From contig JAWMAR010000049.1 of NCBI GenBank assembly GCA_036785375.1, positions 5,270,001 to 5,334,000 of the forward strand: 64,000 nucleotides of DNA, read 5' to 3'. The position numbers and the translations under genes are program-made. Position 1 is the stretch's first letter. The number at the start of each line of letters is the position of its first letter. The notes below the pieces were generated by a model. It was not told the origin of the DNA and did not search any database. It saw nothing but the letters and a program-made list of their open reading frames with translations. This DNA comes from Leucoraja ocellata. Its lineage: Eukaryota. Below are positions 1-12,244 of the stretch, piece after piece.

Positions 1-40
1 TCCTGGCAACATTGGAAGGATCCCAAACCTAAACATCACA

Positions 41-350
41 GGGCAGCATAGTAGTACAGCGATAAAATTGCTGCTTCACAGTGCCAGAGACCCGGATTCA
101 ATCCTGACCTTGGGTGCTATCTGTACAGAGTTGGAATGTTCTCCTTGTGACCGCATTAATTTCCTCTGGGTGCTTTGGTTTCCTCCTCCATTTCAAAGAT
201 GTGCAGGTTTGTAGGTTAATTGGCTTTGTAAATTGCCCGTAATGTACAGGATGCAAAGGTGAGATAACGTAGAACTAGTGATCGATGGTCGGTGTGGACT
301 AGGTGGGCCGAAGAGCCTGTTTCCAAGCTGTATCTCTAAACTCAACTAAA
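41..350 (+). mobile_element. tRNA-derived SINE (V-SINE/HE1-like) with CR1-type 3' tail
   Basis: tRNA-like head with B-box-like GGATTCAATCC, central GGTTTCCTCC..CAAAGATGTGCAGGTT block, tail GGGCCGAAGAGCCTGTTTCC..CTAAACTCAACTAAA; same family recurs at 14227, 32915, 47784, 62385, 63400. Confidence 0.8.
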
Positions 351-747
351 CCTATCCATTCGCTCCACAAATGCTGCCTAACCTGCTGGATTACTCCAGC
401 ACTTTGGGTTTAGCTCAAGGTTTGAGCATCAGTAGTTCTTTGTGTCTCTAAGTTGCTGGCTTAGGATGCTGTTACTGCAGACGGCTTTTCAGCAGGTTAG
501 AACAAGCTCAACATCAATGAACAGATATGTTATGAGGCAGAATTTCCAGTGATGACTGAAGTGGTCATGGACAAGGAGCTTTGTTTCTCAAGCAGAACCC
601 TTGATTAATCGTATCAGAGCCTGTGCACCATCATCAACTCTTAAATATGGGAGTGGAGCCAACTCTGGCGCTGAACTAGGAACTGACATGATGCACAGGA
701 CTGGTAGTGATGATAAACATTATGCTCCCACTCCAAGCACAATACTT

Positions 748-998
748 TATAGGTTCAAGGTGAGGGGGAAAAGATTTAATAGGAATCCAAAGGGTAGCTT
801 TTTCACACAAAGGGTGGTGGGTGTATGGAACAAGCTGCCATAGGAGGCAGTCGAGGCTGGGACTATCCCATCACTTAAGAAACAGGCAGGTACAAGGATA
901 AGACGGGTTTGGACGAGTGTAGCTGGGATACTGTTGGCTGGTGTGGGCAAGTTGGGCTGAAGGGCCTGTTTCCACACTGTATCACTCTATGACTGTAG
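748..998 (+). mobile_element. CR1/HER1 LINE 3' fragment
   Basis: Encodes the CR1 ORF2 C-terminus (FKVRGKRF..FFTQRVVGVWNKLP) followed by the CR1 tail GGGCTGAAGGGCCTGTTTCC. Confidence 0.8.
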
Positions 999-1434
999 AA
1001 TGGATGCTTGGAATAGGATCAACCACCCTCGTGGGGTTCCCTACATTCTTCACAAAAGAAATTCCAAGCCCCTGACTGCATTGCAAAGCTTTAAAGTATT
1101 TAGCCAAAACATCAGTTCAATAGTTGCAGACTTCAACAGTTGCCATTACGTGGAACAGTTTTGGATCAGATACAAGACACGTGAGCAAATTTTAAAGTCC
1201 AGGAATTTTTTTTAAATTCGAATGAGCTGGCACTATGATGTCACCGGACCACCCTTTTAATGTGATATTGAATACGATATACTCCAACAAGAAAAATCCA
1301 TAGAACGTATCAGTTAGGATATTTCCAGCAAATAATATCCTGAGGAACTTTATGAGACCCATTACTCTACAGTTAGTAACATCAAGTGTGAGTGGTAGAT
1401 GGAAAAAGTGAAGCTAATAATGATCTAATCTGGA

Positions 1435-1890
1435 ACAACCTTCCTAGTTCACAACTTCTATTTCAATTCCTTCCACTTTCTATAAATCAAAGGTGCAGCC
1501 AAGAGTACTTGTATGGACCCCGCTCCCCTTGTCTCTTTGTAGTAACAAGAAACTGCAGATGCTGTTAATACACAAAAGGACACAAAATTCTGGAGTGACT
1601 CGACAGAAGGGTGTCGACCTGAAACATCAACCTATCCATGTTCTCCAGAGATGTTACCTGACCAGCTAAGTTACTCCAGCACTTTGTGTCCTTTTGTGAA
1701 CGCTTGTCTTTGTTGGCTCATGAAACGGATCTTTTTCCAAACCTACTCTGGCACTCCCCATTTCTTTCTCCATTACATCGATGACTACATTGCTTTTGCC
1801 TCCTGAACTGTTGCAGAACTTGTCAATTTTATCACCTTTGATTCCAACTTCGCCCTGCTCTCAAGTTCAGCTGGACCATTTCTGACGGTT
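1435..1890 (+). mobile_element. Degenerate Penelope-like RT fragment interrupted by a short PLE-derived fold-back element (~1545-1700)
   Basis: Decayed translation resembles NNFxFNSxHFLxIKG..MGP..CLF on the left and CAT TAC ATC GAT GAC (HYIDD, the RT catalytic motif) ..LVNFI..ALKFSWTISD on the right. Confidence 0.6.
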
Positions 1891-3174
1891 CCAACATCTG
1901 CAGTCTCTTGTGCCTCCTTTAAGTTCACATTGTTATGTCCAAATATACACTTGAGTAAAATAATGAATAAATATGTTCCATCCATTTTACAAATCCACTT
2001 TCAAACTGAAATAATATTCTCCAATAAATGGACAAAAGAGGAATTATGTAATTTGAAACATCTCTCTTATTATGTGGGTGGACAGAGTAAATACTGACAT
2101 GATTGCTGCTCAAGCGTCGAGAACCAGAGATCACAGAAGTCAAACTGAAGGTCAATCATTCAAGATTAAGATGAGCAAAATATTCTTGATCTGCAAGGTG
2201 GCGAATCTTTGGAATTCTCTACCCTAGATAATTGAGTCTCTTGTAAGGGTCCAGACCACACGCATTGCTTATCCATATCCTCTGGAGATTCTGCAGACCT
2301 GCTGAGTTAGTCCAACACATTGTGTCATTTTCCCCAACAGAAAAGTTGCCTATCCATGCCCTCCACAGATAGAGTTCAAGTTCAAGTGAGTTTATTGTGT
2401 CCCTGTATAGGACAATGAAATTCTTGCTTTGCTTAAGCACACAGAAAATAGTGGGCATTTACTACAAAACAGATAAATGTGTCCATATACCATGATATAA
2501 ATATATACACACATGAATAAATGTGTCATAGTCATACAGCGTGGAAACAGGCCTCAACTTATCACACCGACCAACATGCCTCATCTACATTACTCCCACC
2601 TACCTGAATTTGGCCCATATCCCACTAAACCTATCCTAAGCATGTGTCAAAGTTTGTTTCTTAAAAGCAGATAGCAACAAAAACTGTTAAAGGTAAAACC
2701 ATGGCAATCTTGAATTGATTCGTGAGATGGGATTGGCGATCTACAATGAGCACAAACGTTGCTCAGTGCTTCTTCGGCTCCCACTCACAAAACAAAGAAG
2801 AGTTAGGACAATTATACATTTTTCTTATCAGTAAAACACTCCTACCAAGTCTGAATATTGCATGACTGAAAGATTCTGCAGCCTTTCAGAAGATAGGAAG
2901 GCTAGGTCCAAATCAAGCTCATCCAATAACAAGTTATTACTTATCTCTGGAGCGTCAGCTATTTTTTCAATCTTGGCTTCTTTATGGCCTTGAATGAAGC
3001 ACATGTTATTACTGCACACTGCCATCTTAATGTCTTTATTAAAAAGACAACCTGCCCTCCATATTGTGTTCCATATAATGTACAAAGTCATTCTGACTTG
3101 GCACCATTCTTTTGTTCTACTAGATCATGCTTTTGTAGAAGATCTCCATTTTAGATTTGACTATTAGCTCTTTC

Positions 3175-3530
3175 ACATGTACCTGTCTAAATGTTCCTTA
3201 AATATTGCGATAGTCCCTGACTCAACTACCTCCTCCAACAGCTTGTTCCATACACTCAACACCTTTTGTGTAAAAAAAGTTACCACTCGGGTTCCGATTA
3301 AATCTATCCCCCTTCACCTTAAACTTATGTCCTCTGGTTCCCTTATCCTCTTGTGCTTTAAGGAATGGAGTCCTAGCCTGCTTGAATACTCCCGAAACTT
3401 CAGGCCCTTGAGTCCTGGCAACATCCTCATAATTCTTCTCTGCACCCTTTACAATTTGACAACATCTTTACTATAACATGGTGTCCATAACTGAACACAA
3501 TATTTTAAATGTGGCCTTACCAACGTCTTA
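3175..3530 (-). mobile_element. CR1 LINE ORF2 fragment (older copy, internally deleted)
   Basis: Reverse complement matches CR1 C-terminal motifs (FFTQKVL..WNKL; LVRPHL..CVQ-type). Confidence 0.6.
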
Positions 3531-3532
3531 TA

Positions 3533-6180
3533 CATAGACATATAGAGGAAATAGGTGCAGAAGTAGGCCATTCGGCCCTTCGAGCCAGCACTGCAATTCA
3601 ATATGATCATGGCTGATCATCCAAAATCAGTACCCCGTTCCGGCTTTTTCCCCATATCCCTTGATTCCCTTAGCTCTAAGAGCTAAATCTAACTCTCTTG
3701 GAAACATACAGTGAGTTGACCTCCACTGCCTTCTGTGGCAGAGAATTCCACAGATTCACAACTCTGTGGGTGAAAAAGTATTTCCTCATCTCAGTCCTAA
3801 ATGGCCCATATCTTAAACTGTGACCCCTGGTTCTGGACTCTCCCAACATCGGGAACATTTTGCCTGCATCTACCCTGTCCAATCCTCTTAGAATTTTATA
3901 TGTTTCTATAAGAATCCCTCTCATCCTAAATTCCAGTGAATACAAGCGCAGTCGGCCCATTATTTCATCATATGTCAATCCCGCCATCACGGGAATTAAC
4001 CTGGTGAACCAACGCTGCACTCCCTCAATAGCAATAATGTCCTTCCTCAAATTGGGAGACCAAAATTGCACACAATATTCCAGGTGCGGTCTCACCAGGG
4101 TCCTGTACAACTGCAGTAGGACCTCCTTACTCATAAACTCAAATCCTCTTGCAATGAAGGCCAACACGTCATTAGCCTTCTTCACTGCCTGCTGTACCTG
4201 CACACTTACTTAGAGACTGATGTACAAGCACACCCAGGTCTCGTTGCACCACCCCTTCTCCTAATCTGACACCATTCTGGTATTAATCTGCCTCCTGTTC
4301 TTGCCAACAAAGTTGATAACCTTACATTTACCCATCTGCCATGCTTCTGCCCACTCACCCAACCTATCCAAGTCACCCTGCAGCCTCATAGCATCCTCCT
4401 CGCAGCTCACACTGCCACCCAGCTTTGTCTCATCCGCAAACTTAGAGATGTTACATTTAATTCCCTCGTCTAAATCGTTAATATATAGAAACAACTGGGT
4501 CCCAGCACCAAGCCTTGCGGCCCCCACTAGTCACTGCCTGCCATTCTGAAAAGGACCTGTTAATTCCTACTCTGTGCTTCCTGTCTGCTAACCAGTTCTC
4601 GATCCATGTCAATAACCTATCCCCAATACCACGTGCTCTAATTTTGCACACTAATCTCTCATGTGGGACCTTGTCAAAGGCTTTTTGAAAGTCCAGATAC
4701 CCCACATCCACTGTCTCTCCCTTATCCATTCTACTTGTTACATCCTCAAAAAATTCCAAAAGATTGGTCAGGCATGATTTCCCTATCATAAATCCATGTT
4801 GACTTTGACCGATCCTGTCACTTCTTTCCAAATGCACTGCTATAACATATTTAATAATCGACTCCAGCATCTTCCCCACGACCGATGCAATGCTAACTGG
4901 TATATAATTCTCTGTTTTCTCTCTCCCTCCTTTCTTAAAATGTGGTTACATTGGCTACCCTCCAGTCCACAGGAACGGATCCAGAGTCGAGAGAACATTG
5001 GAAAATGATTACCAATGCATGCACGATTTCTAGGGCCACCTCCTTGGGTACTCTGGGATGCAGACCATCTGGCCCTGTGGATTTTTCTTTCTTGTTCCAA
5101 CAGTTTACCTAACACCATTTTCCGACTAATGTAGATTCCGTTCAGTTCTTCTCTCCCACTAGATCCACGGTCCCCAAGTATTTCCAGGAAATTGTTTGTA
5201 TCTTCCTTTGTGAAGAGAGAACCAAAGTACTCGTTTAACTGTTCTGCCATTTCCTTGTTTCCCCATAATAAATTCACCTGTCCCTTTTCCTTTTTACGTA
5301 CCGATAGAAACTTTTACAGTCAGTTTTAATATTTCCCGTAAGCTTTCTTTCATGCTCTTTCCCCCACCCCCCCCCCCCCCCCCCCCTTAATGTACCCCTT
5401 TGTCCTCCTCTGTTGAGTTCTAAATTTCTCCCAGTCCTCTGGTTTGTCGCTTCTTCTGGCCAATTTATATGCCTCTTCCTTGACTTTAACACTTCCCTTG
5501 TCAGCCACGATTGAGCCACCTTCCCAGTTTTATTTTTTCGCCCGGCAGGGATGAACAGAACGTGTTGGTGCGGTTTTTAAATCTTCTCCATTCCATCTCC
5601 ACTGCCAACCCTTTAAGTATAATTTGTTAGTCTATCCTAGCCAATTCCCGTCAAAGTCTCCAAAATTGGTTTAAAAACCCATATTCCAAGAAATCCTCCT
5701 CCTCAGCACTGTTACCAATTTGGTTGGCCCAATCTATATGTAGATTAAAGGCACCCATGATAACCGCTGTACCTTTGCTGCACGCATTCCTAATTTTCTG
5801 CTTGATGCTATCCACAACCTCTCTACTGCTGTTTGGTGGTCTATATACCACCCCAACAAGTGTTTTCTGCTCTTGGCTATTTCACAGTTCTACCCATGCC
5901 AATTCTACAGCATCCAAGCTGATGCCTCTCCTTACTACAGCATTAATCTCCTCTTTAGCCAGCAATGCCACCCCACCTCCTCTTCCTTTCTGTCTATCCT
6001 TCCTGAATATCGAATACCCCTGCATGTTTAGCTCCCAGCCTTGGTCACCCTGGAGCCATGTCTCCGTAATTCCAACTATGTCATATCCCTTAAATACTAA
6101 CTGCGCATTCAATTTATCCACCTTATTTCGAATGCTCCTCGCACTAAGGCACAGAGGTTTCAGGTTTGTTTTTCTTATCT
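3533..6180 (-). mobile_element. CR1/HER1 LINE, near-complete ORF2 (APE + RT), frameshifted and 5'-truncated
   Basis: ORF pieces: YDIVGITETWL and VYRPP (AP endonuclease), QHGF..SCLTNLLEFFE..LDFQKAFDKVPH, ISKFADETKLGG, LVRPHLEYCVQFWSP, FFTHRVVNLWNSLP; CR1 3' tail at 3533-3620. Confidence 0.92.
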
Positions 6181-6184
6181 CTTA

Positions 6185-6320
6185 GTCTCCTCTATATCCT
6201 ACTCCAGCATCACTTCTTCCCATTCCTTCTCTCCAGAGATGCTGCCTGACCTGCTGAGTTACTCCAGCATTTTGCGTCTATCTTCGGCGTAAACCAACAT
6301 CTGCAGTTCCTTCCTGTACA
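6185..6320 (+). mobile_element. Short Penelope-derived element (3' part)
   Basis: CCCATTCCTTCTCTCCAGAGATGCTGCCTGACCTGCTGAGTTACTCCAGCA..CATCTGCAGTTCC, the same block that follows the PLE endonuclease at ~45322. Confidence 0.75.
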
Positions 6321-6339
6321 TAGGAATGGGAAGTTGAAG

Positions 6340-6970
6340 TGTTTGGCCAAGCGCGACAGCAGCGCGGCGAGGGGCCGAACGGCCTGCACTGGAAGAGTTA
6401 AAGCTCGCGGGAGATCCCATTGTTCCCGCCCACCGCGTGCGCGGCAGCGGCTTGGCCAATCAGTGGGTGGATAACGCCATGCGGGCGAGGGGCGGCCAAT
6501 GGGAAGCGGTGTTTGATGCCGCTGCTTCAATCACCGCCGAGGCGCACGGTGGGGGGGGTGGGAGAGGTTTGAGGGCAGCAGGGGAGGGAGAGAGACAGAC
6601 AGAGATGAAAGCCAGCGGGACGACATGGCCGTGAGGACGTTGAGCGGCCGGCGGGCAGGCAGCGACAACCGGAATCTGCAGTCCCGCCGCGGCCGGTGAG
6701 TAAGCCGCCGAACACCCCACCCACCCTACCGATCGACGGAACGATCTTGAGCAAACCCCAGCCGCGCGGGCGATCAGCGGTTGGGCTCTGGGTTTAAATA
6801 ACAACGGCGGGTGGAAGCTCGAGCGGGCTCCCGCGCCCGTGCGTGTTGGGCACGAGCCGCGGGGGCGCCGCCCTGGTGCGCGCTCTCGCTCGCCCACCCA
6901 CCGGCGCGGCGGCGGGGCTGTTAGCCCCCAGAGCGTGTGTGTGTTTACATTGGCCGCAAACCCTCCCCGA
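6340..6970 (+). promoter_or_regulatory. CpG-island promoter of TPST1 with two CCAAT (NF-Y) boxes and GC boxes
   Basis: The only strongly CpG/GC-rich non-TE segment; GGCCAATCAG (CCAAT 6456-6460) and GGCCAATGGG (CCAAT 6496-6500) 40 bp apart; CCCGCCC 6425-6431 and GGGGCGG 6489-6495. Confidence 0.8.
6520..6695 (+). other. TPST1: TPST1 exon 1 (5' UTR); start approximate
   Basis: Strong donor CCG|GTGAGT (GT at 6696-6697) just downstream of the CCAAT boxes; vertebrate TPST1 has a non-coding first exon. Confidence 0.65.
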
Positions 6971-6979
6971 CTGGGGTTT

Positions 6980-7520
6980 AGTGTAAGTTTATTGTTACGT
7001 GCACCGAAGTACAATGAAAAGCTTCTGTTGCGTGCTATCCGGCCAGCGGAAAGACAATACTGTAATGATCACAATCGAGCAATCCACAATTATTCCCCTT
7101 ACGCAATAAGGGGAATACCGTTTAGTGCAAGGTAAAGCCCGCAAAGTCCGATCAAAGGTAGACCGAGGGTCTCCAGTGTGTTTACAGACAGATACGCAAT
7201 AAGGGGGATAACGTTTAGTGCAAGGTAAAGCCCGCAGAGTCCGATCAAAGGTAGACCGATGGTCTCCCGTGACATAGGTCGGTCAGGACTGTGCAGGAAG
7301 GCACTTCACACGCTGGATTAGACCGAAGATAGATACAAAAAGCTGGAGTAACAGCGGGACAGACAGCATCTCTGGAGAGAAGGGAATAGCGGGTTTTCGG
7401 GACGAAACCCTTCTTCAGACTGCTTCGGTTCAGTACTGCTCTCTAGTTGTGGTTGGATAGTTCAGTTGCCTGATGATAGCTGGGAAGAAACTGTCCCTGA
7501 ATCTGGAGGTTTTCATACTC
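6980..7520 (-). mobile_element. Rex1/Babar-type LINE 3' tail with an internal ~75-bp duplication and a nested PLE short element (7290-7422)
   Basis: TTTATTGTTACGTGCACCGAAGTACAATGAAAAGC tail type also at 10190-10385; TACGCAATAAGGGG..GGTAGACCGA..GGTCTCC occurs at ~7100 and ~7193. Confidence 0.55.
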
Positions 7521-7884
7521 TGTGTCCCGCCGCCTCTTGCCCTTTTATATACCCAATAAACATTGCACCGTTTTTTTTTCACTCACTCGGGAGACTTTTT
7601 TTACTGAAGCTGGGCTGCGGTTCTTTATTAACCCTGCGTGCTATTTGTCTGGGTGTCATCGTGGCTGCCTAACCCCCCCTACGCATCCACTGTTAGATGC
7701 CGATAACGTTGCAAAGTTGGTCGTTTGCTCTTGTTGGAAATGTTGCAAAGTTGACTTCTGCTAATGCTGCAAACATTGCACACTTGGTTGTCTTTCTTTG
7801 CCAACCTATAGTTTTTTTCATCCACCTATCTGAAGATGACACCATCTAAGATTATTGGGATCAACCTGGGATTACATCAGACAT

Positions 7885-9376
7885 GATGTGTCTGTACTCT
7901 TCAGAATTCGTTATGTTACTACCTCTTCAGAATTCATTATGTTACTACCATCAGCAGTAGTATCATCAATGAAGATAAGTCAGGGGCTGTCCCACTGCGG
8001 CGACTGAATCCACGAGTTCTGACGAGTTTGCCCTCGACTCCTACTCGCAGCATGGTTGACATGAGGTCCTAGGAGGTCTTTGTACCTCTCCTTCATGCTC
8101 GAGAGTAGTCCCCGCGTACTCGAGACCTCAGCTAGATCGCGGCGTATTTTTCAACATGTTGAAAAATGTCCACGAGTAAAAAAAGGTCACCATGGAAAAA
8201 ATAGATTATTTTTTTAATCGTAGGTTTAGTCGAAGTAGGTCGGCATGTTATTCGTAGGTAATCGAGGGTAGTCTAAGGTAGTCGTAGATATAGTCGAAGC
8301 GAGGTCATCTTCACTCTCCACTATTTGGTGTCCATTTTCCTGAAGCTAGTCTTCAACATAGTCAAAGGAGGTCTTCAACATGACATTTTTTCAAACTCTT
8401 CTAAACTCGCCAATTAGGTCACTGCAGTGGGACAGACTCTTACCTTCAGCAGCCATACATGCCCAGGCTAAACACCCCCACCACCGTGTTTCACAGATGA
8501 GGTGGTATGCTTTGGATCTTGGGCAGTTCCTTCTCTCCTCCACACTTTGCTCTTGCCATCACTCTGATACAAGTTAATCTTCGTCTCATCCGTCCACAAG
8601 ACCTTTTTCCAGAACTATGGTTGCTCTTTTAAGTTCTTCTTGGCAAACTGTAACCTGGCTATCCTATTTTTGTGGCATTGCATCTTGCAGTGTAGCCTTT
8701 GTATTTCTGTTCATGTAGTCTTCTGCGGACAGTGGTCATTGACAAATCCACACCTGACTCCTGAGGAGTTTTTCTGATCTGTCGGACAGGTGTTTGGGGA
8801 TTTTTCTTTATTATAGAGAGAATTCTGTCATCAGCTGCAGAGGTCTTCCTTGGCCTGCCAGTCCCTTTGCGATTAGTAAGCTCACCAGTGCTCTCTTTAT
8901 TAATGATGTTCCAAACAGTTGATTTGGAGCCGCAGGTTTGGCTGATGTCTCTAACTGTTTTATTCTTGTTTCTCAGTCTCATAATGGATTCTTTGACTTT
9001 CATTGGCACAACTTTGGTCCTCATGTTGATAACCAACAATAAAAGTTTCCAAAGGTGATGGAATGACTGGAGGAATGACTAGGTGCTGAGAGCTCTCTTA
9101 TACCTGCATTAAGGAGGCAATTAAACACACCTGAACAATTTCAGACAGCTGATAATGTGTCCCAAACATTATGGTGCCCTGAAATGGGGGGGGGGGGGCT
9201 ATGTATAAACACAGCTGTAATTTCTACATGGTGAAACCAACATGTGTAAAAGTAGCCTTTAATAAAACATGAAATGTGCACTCTAACTATTTTTCTATTA
9301 CAAATCTCAAATTGTGCAGTACAGAGGCAAATAAATAAATGATTGGTCTTTATCCCAAACATTATGGAGGGCATTG
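7885..9376 (-). mobile_element. Tc1/mariner DNA transposon remnant (IR/DR type), interrupted by a MITE
   Basis: Transposase N-terminal HTH region (..ISQT..SKSTVWNII..GRPRKTS..TVRRRLHEQ), VLWTDETKINL, KHGGG and LIFIDD..MNSE fragments; terminus reads TA-CAATGCCCTCCATAATGTTTGGG on minus, with inner repeat TCCCAAACATTATGG at ~9160 and ~9353. Confidence 0.85.
7983..8439. mobile_element. PIF/Harbinger-like MITE
   Basis: ~50-bp imperfect TIRs (GGGGCTGTCCCACTGCGGCGAC.. / ..GTCACTGCAGTGGGACAGACTC); central palindrome TTTTTCAACATGTTGAAAAA; splits the Tc1 transposase. Confidence 0.7.
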
Positions 9377-10189
9377 TAGTTTGCTTTCACAGCTATTTGC
9401 CTAGGGATGGAATTTTCCTTAGTATTGGAAATATATTTGAACTTGGTGTGTTATTTTATACCACAAAGTGAATTATATATTTGCATTAAAAAGCTATAAA
9501 ATATTTTGAAGGATCACTAATTTGTAATATCAGTCTAGTTTTGCAATGTGTCATGTACATGCAAGTCTGCTTTATAGAATAAGTGTAGCTGCCAATATAT
9601 TAGTACAATCTGCTTGTTTTAACGTAGATTTGAAATAAATTGAAGTCCACTTTAAAAAGGATTTTTGAACCGTTTTACTGTAATAGATAAAGAACAAACA
9701 CTCGTTTCTCCCTGTTCACTTGAAGATGACTACTGTTCTAATAGCACAGCTGCAAGTTAATCCGAGGACTAAACACAATGTCCATTGTTCCTGTGTAAAA
9801 AGGCAGATAGTGAATATGTCGTCCATAATTTGGCTAGCATCTGCCAATTGGATTATTTATTAACATAAGTTGTTCTGAAGGTGTGACATACCAGTCACAC
9901 AATCTCCATGTAATGGAGACCAATTTGAACCCAAGATGAAGCTCAATAATCACATCCATATCCCTCCATTAAATGTCATCCCTAATCTTAAATTAATCGT
10001 TCATATCTCTTGAAGCATTTCTTCGGCTTAAACTAGGCACTGCCAGAGGTGGCATATCATAGATGCACTGAACAACATATTGATGTAACTATTCATACAA
10101 TTTATCCTCTGCAATAATACCAACATTGCTCTGCAAGTAAATCCTCAACAAAACTGAACCTGATGTCTTGGAGATTAGACCATAATAAT

Positions 10190-10385
10190 GTTTAGTTTAG
10201 TTTATTGTCAAGTGTACCGAGGTATAGTGCAAAACATTTTTGTTGCGTGCTAGCCTGTCAGGAGAAGGAATATACATGATTACAATCAAGCCGTCCACAG
10301 TGTACAGATATAGGATAAAGGGAATAACGTTTAGTGCAAGGTAAAGTCCAATTGAAAATAGTCCAAGGGTCTCCAATGAGGTATT
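10190..10385 (-). mobile_element. Rex1/Babar-type LINE 3' tail
   Basis: (TTTAG)n-TTTATTGTC tail, similar to 6980-7270. Confidence 0.55.
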
Positions 10386-11889
10386 AATTGCTTTATCATG
10401 ATTAATTACCAGTCATCCCAGTTTATGTTGTATAATTTGCTTTATGTAGATGTTATTTTTCTCTTGCATCCTTAGCTCGGCATGTGCAGTTGCACAAGTA
10501 CAACCAGTAACTACCACTGTACTTTGTTATGAAGATCAAATTTAAACCTTTTTGATTTGTATGGCTAGGGTATATTAGAAATATACAAAACGAGTGCATA
10601 TCTAAATTCTAGGACAAGTCTAAACATGATTTTAAAACATTATGTAACACTGTGGTTGTGGATTTGAAAGTAGATAATTAAGATCGATAATAAAGATCGT
10701 TCCGTTTATTATCCTAGCCCATTTTGAAAAGTACAAATACTTATGTTTCTTCAGATGCTTAGAATTGAATATAATTAGTGACTTTGGAGTTGATACCATA
10801 AACATCAGGAGTTTTATATTTGGGAATATTTTCTTATTTCACTTCTGCACAATATTTGCCTAAATAGGAACACATATCATTGATCTACAGCTCCGAGTCC
10901 AAAATAGACTGCCAGATGCAATGAATGGATGTTAGTTTCTATCTAGTCATAGAAACTGTCTCTTTAGCCCATCTGCACCAACCGTCAAGCATCCATTTTT
11001 TCACTAATCCCTCCCTTGTGTGACTAAAACACAAAAATTAACTCGTGTTTATTTGTACCATGGATTATGAGAACCATACATAGAAAATTCTGCCATTTTG
11101 TGATTTATTGTGGAGATGCTGTGTTAAAATTTTAGAAAACTAGTTCATAAACCCAAAATTCCCGAGTCATCTGTTCAGAAGAGTTTACTGCAGAAAAATG
11201 AAATTTTTACTTGTATATTTTCCTATTAAATAAAACTCTAGTTTTAGTTGACAGTATTTTCAACATACATAATGAATCGTCTGAAGGATGAATATGTAAC
11301 CAAACCAATTTGACTGGGCTGAATGCTGATGATACTGAAAGTGTCTGTTTACTGTTTTCAGCTGTGTTCTTCTTGATTTGTACTTGTTTAAAATCAGAGT
11401 TTGGGGCAAGCTGCAGGGCAGTCATCAATGCATCTGAGCATTCCCTTCATTGTCAGCCTCTTGTGTGAAGAAGGGCTGGATTAATACGGCCACCAATCCT
11501 TTTAATTCAAATTTTGAAAGGGGTAATTAACTGTATAGCGAGAGGTGTTTGCTCGAATAATTTTTCTTCACTATTTCAAATGTTTTTAATCGGAATCCAT
11601 TTGAATATTGGTATTTAAGTATTAAAGGCATTCAGGGGTGAGTGCTTCTGGATAGACTGCCTGCTCAGAATCTTTTGCCTTTCGAGATGTCTTAGGATGT
11701 GGAGCGTCAGCTTGTTCAGCTGTACACATAAGGAAAAACCAAGATGAGTGATCCTATGAAGCAGTGTGGAGATTAGGAGGATCTTGCTCAATATTTTTTG
11801 CATAACAGGATTTCATTTACAAGCATGATAAGAATAATTGTGAAGTAGGCATACCTTGAGGAGATTTCGCAGTGGAGTAGACAAAATGT

Positions 11890-12020
11890 TTAAGAAGGAA
11901 CTGCAAATGCTGGATAATCGAAGGTAGACAAAAGTGCTGGAGAAACTCAGCAGGTGCGGCAGCACCTATGTAGCGAAGGAAATAGGCAACGTTTCGGGCC
12001 GAAACCCTTCTTCAGACTGA
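11890..12020 (-). mobile_element. PLE-derived short element with minimal hammerhead motif
   Basis: Minus strand reads CTGAAGA-A-GGGT-TTCG-GCCC-GAAA-CG-TT; lies ~120 nt upstream of the exon 2 acceptor. Confidence 0.7.
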
Positions 12021-12244
12021 GGATATACATTGCTCTGTTTAAGAAGGAATGTTTCAGTTGTGTAATGAAATCTGTTCTTGGTTTTCAGAACAGATGTAAT
12101 TTAATTCAAATTATTCATCAATTTTTGTTTTTCTTTCAGATGTGCGTGCTATATTTCTGGTGCCTTGGAATTGATGTAAAGAAAATTAAAGTGGACTATT
12201 TTGGAAATCTGGATCAACGTCAATTATAGTTGCGATACTTCAAA

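Noticed and set aside
6210-7135. GC-rich ORFs across the CpG island
   Set aside because: Low-complexity R/P/A/G frames expected in GC-rich DNA, partly running into repeats; no recognisable domain
12230-12244. ORF-track start MRYFK for TPST1
   Set aside because: It is a TTG start right after an in-frame TAG; the ATG at 12245 matches the TPST1 N-terminus
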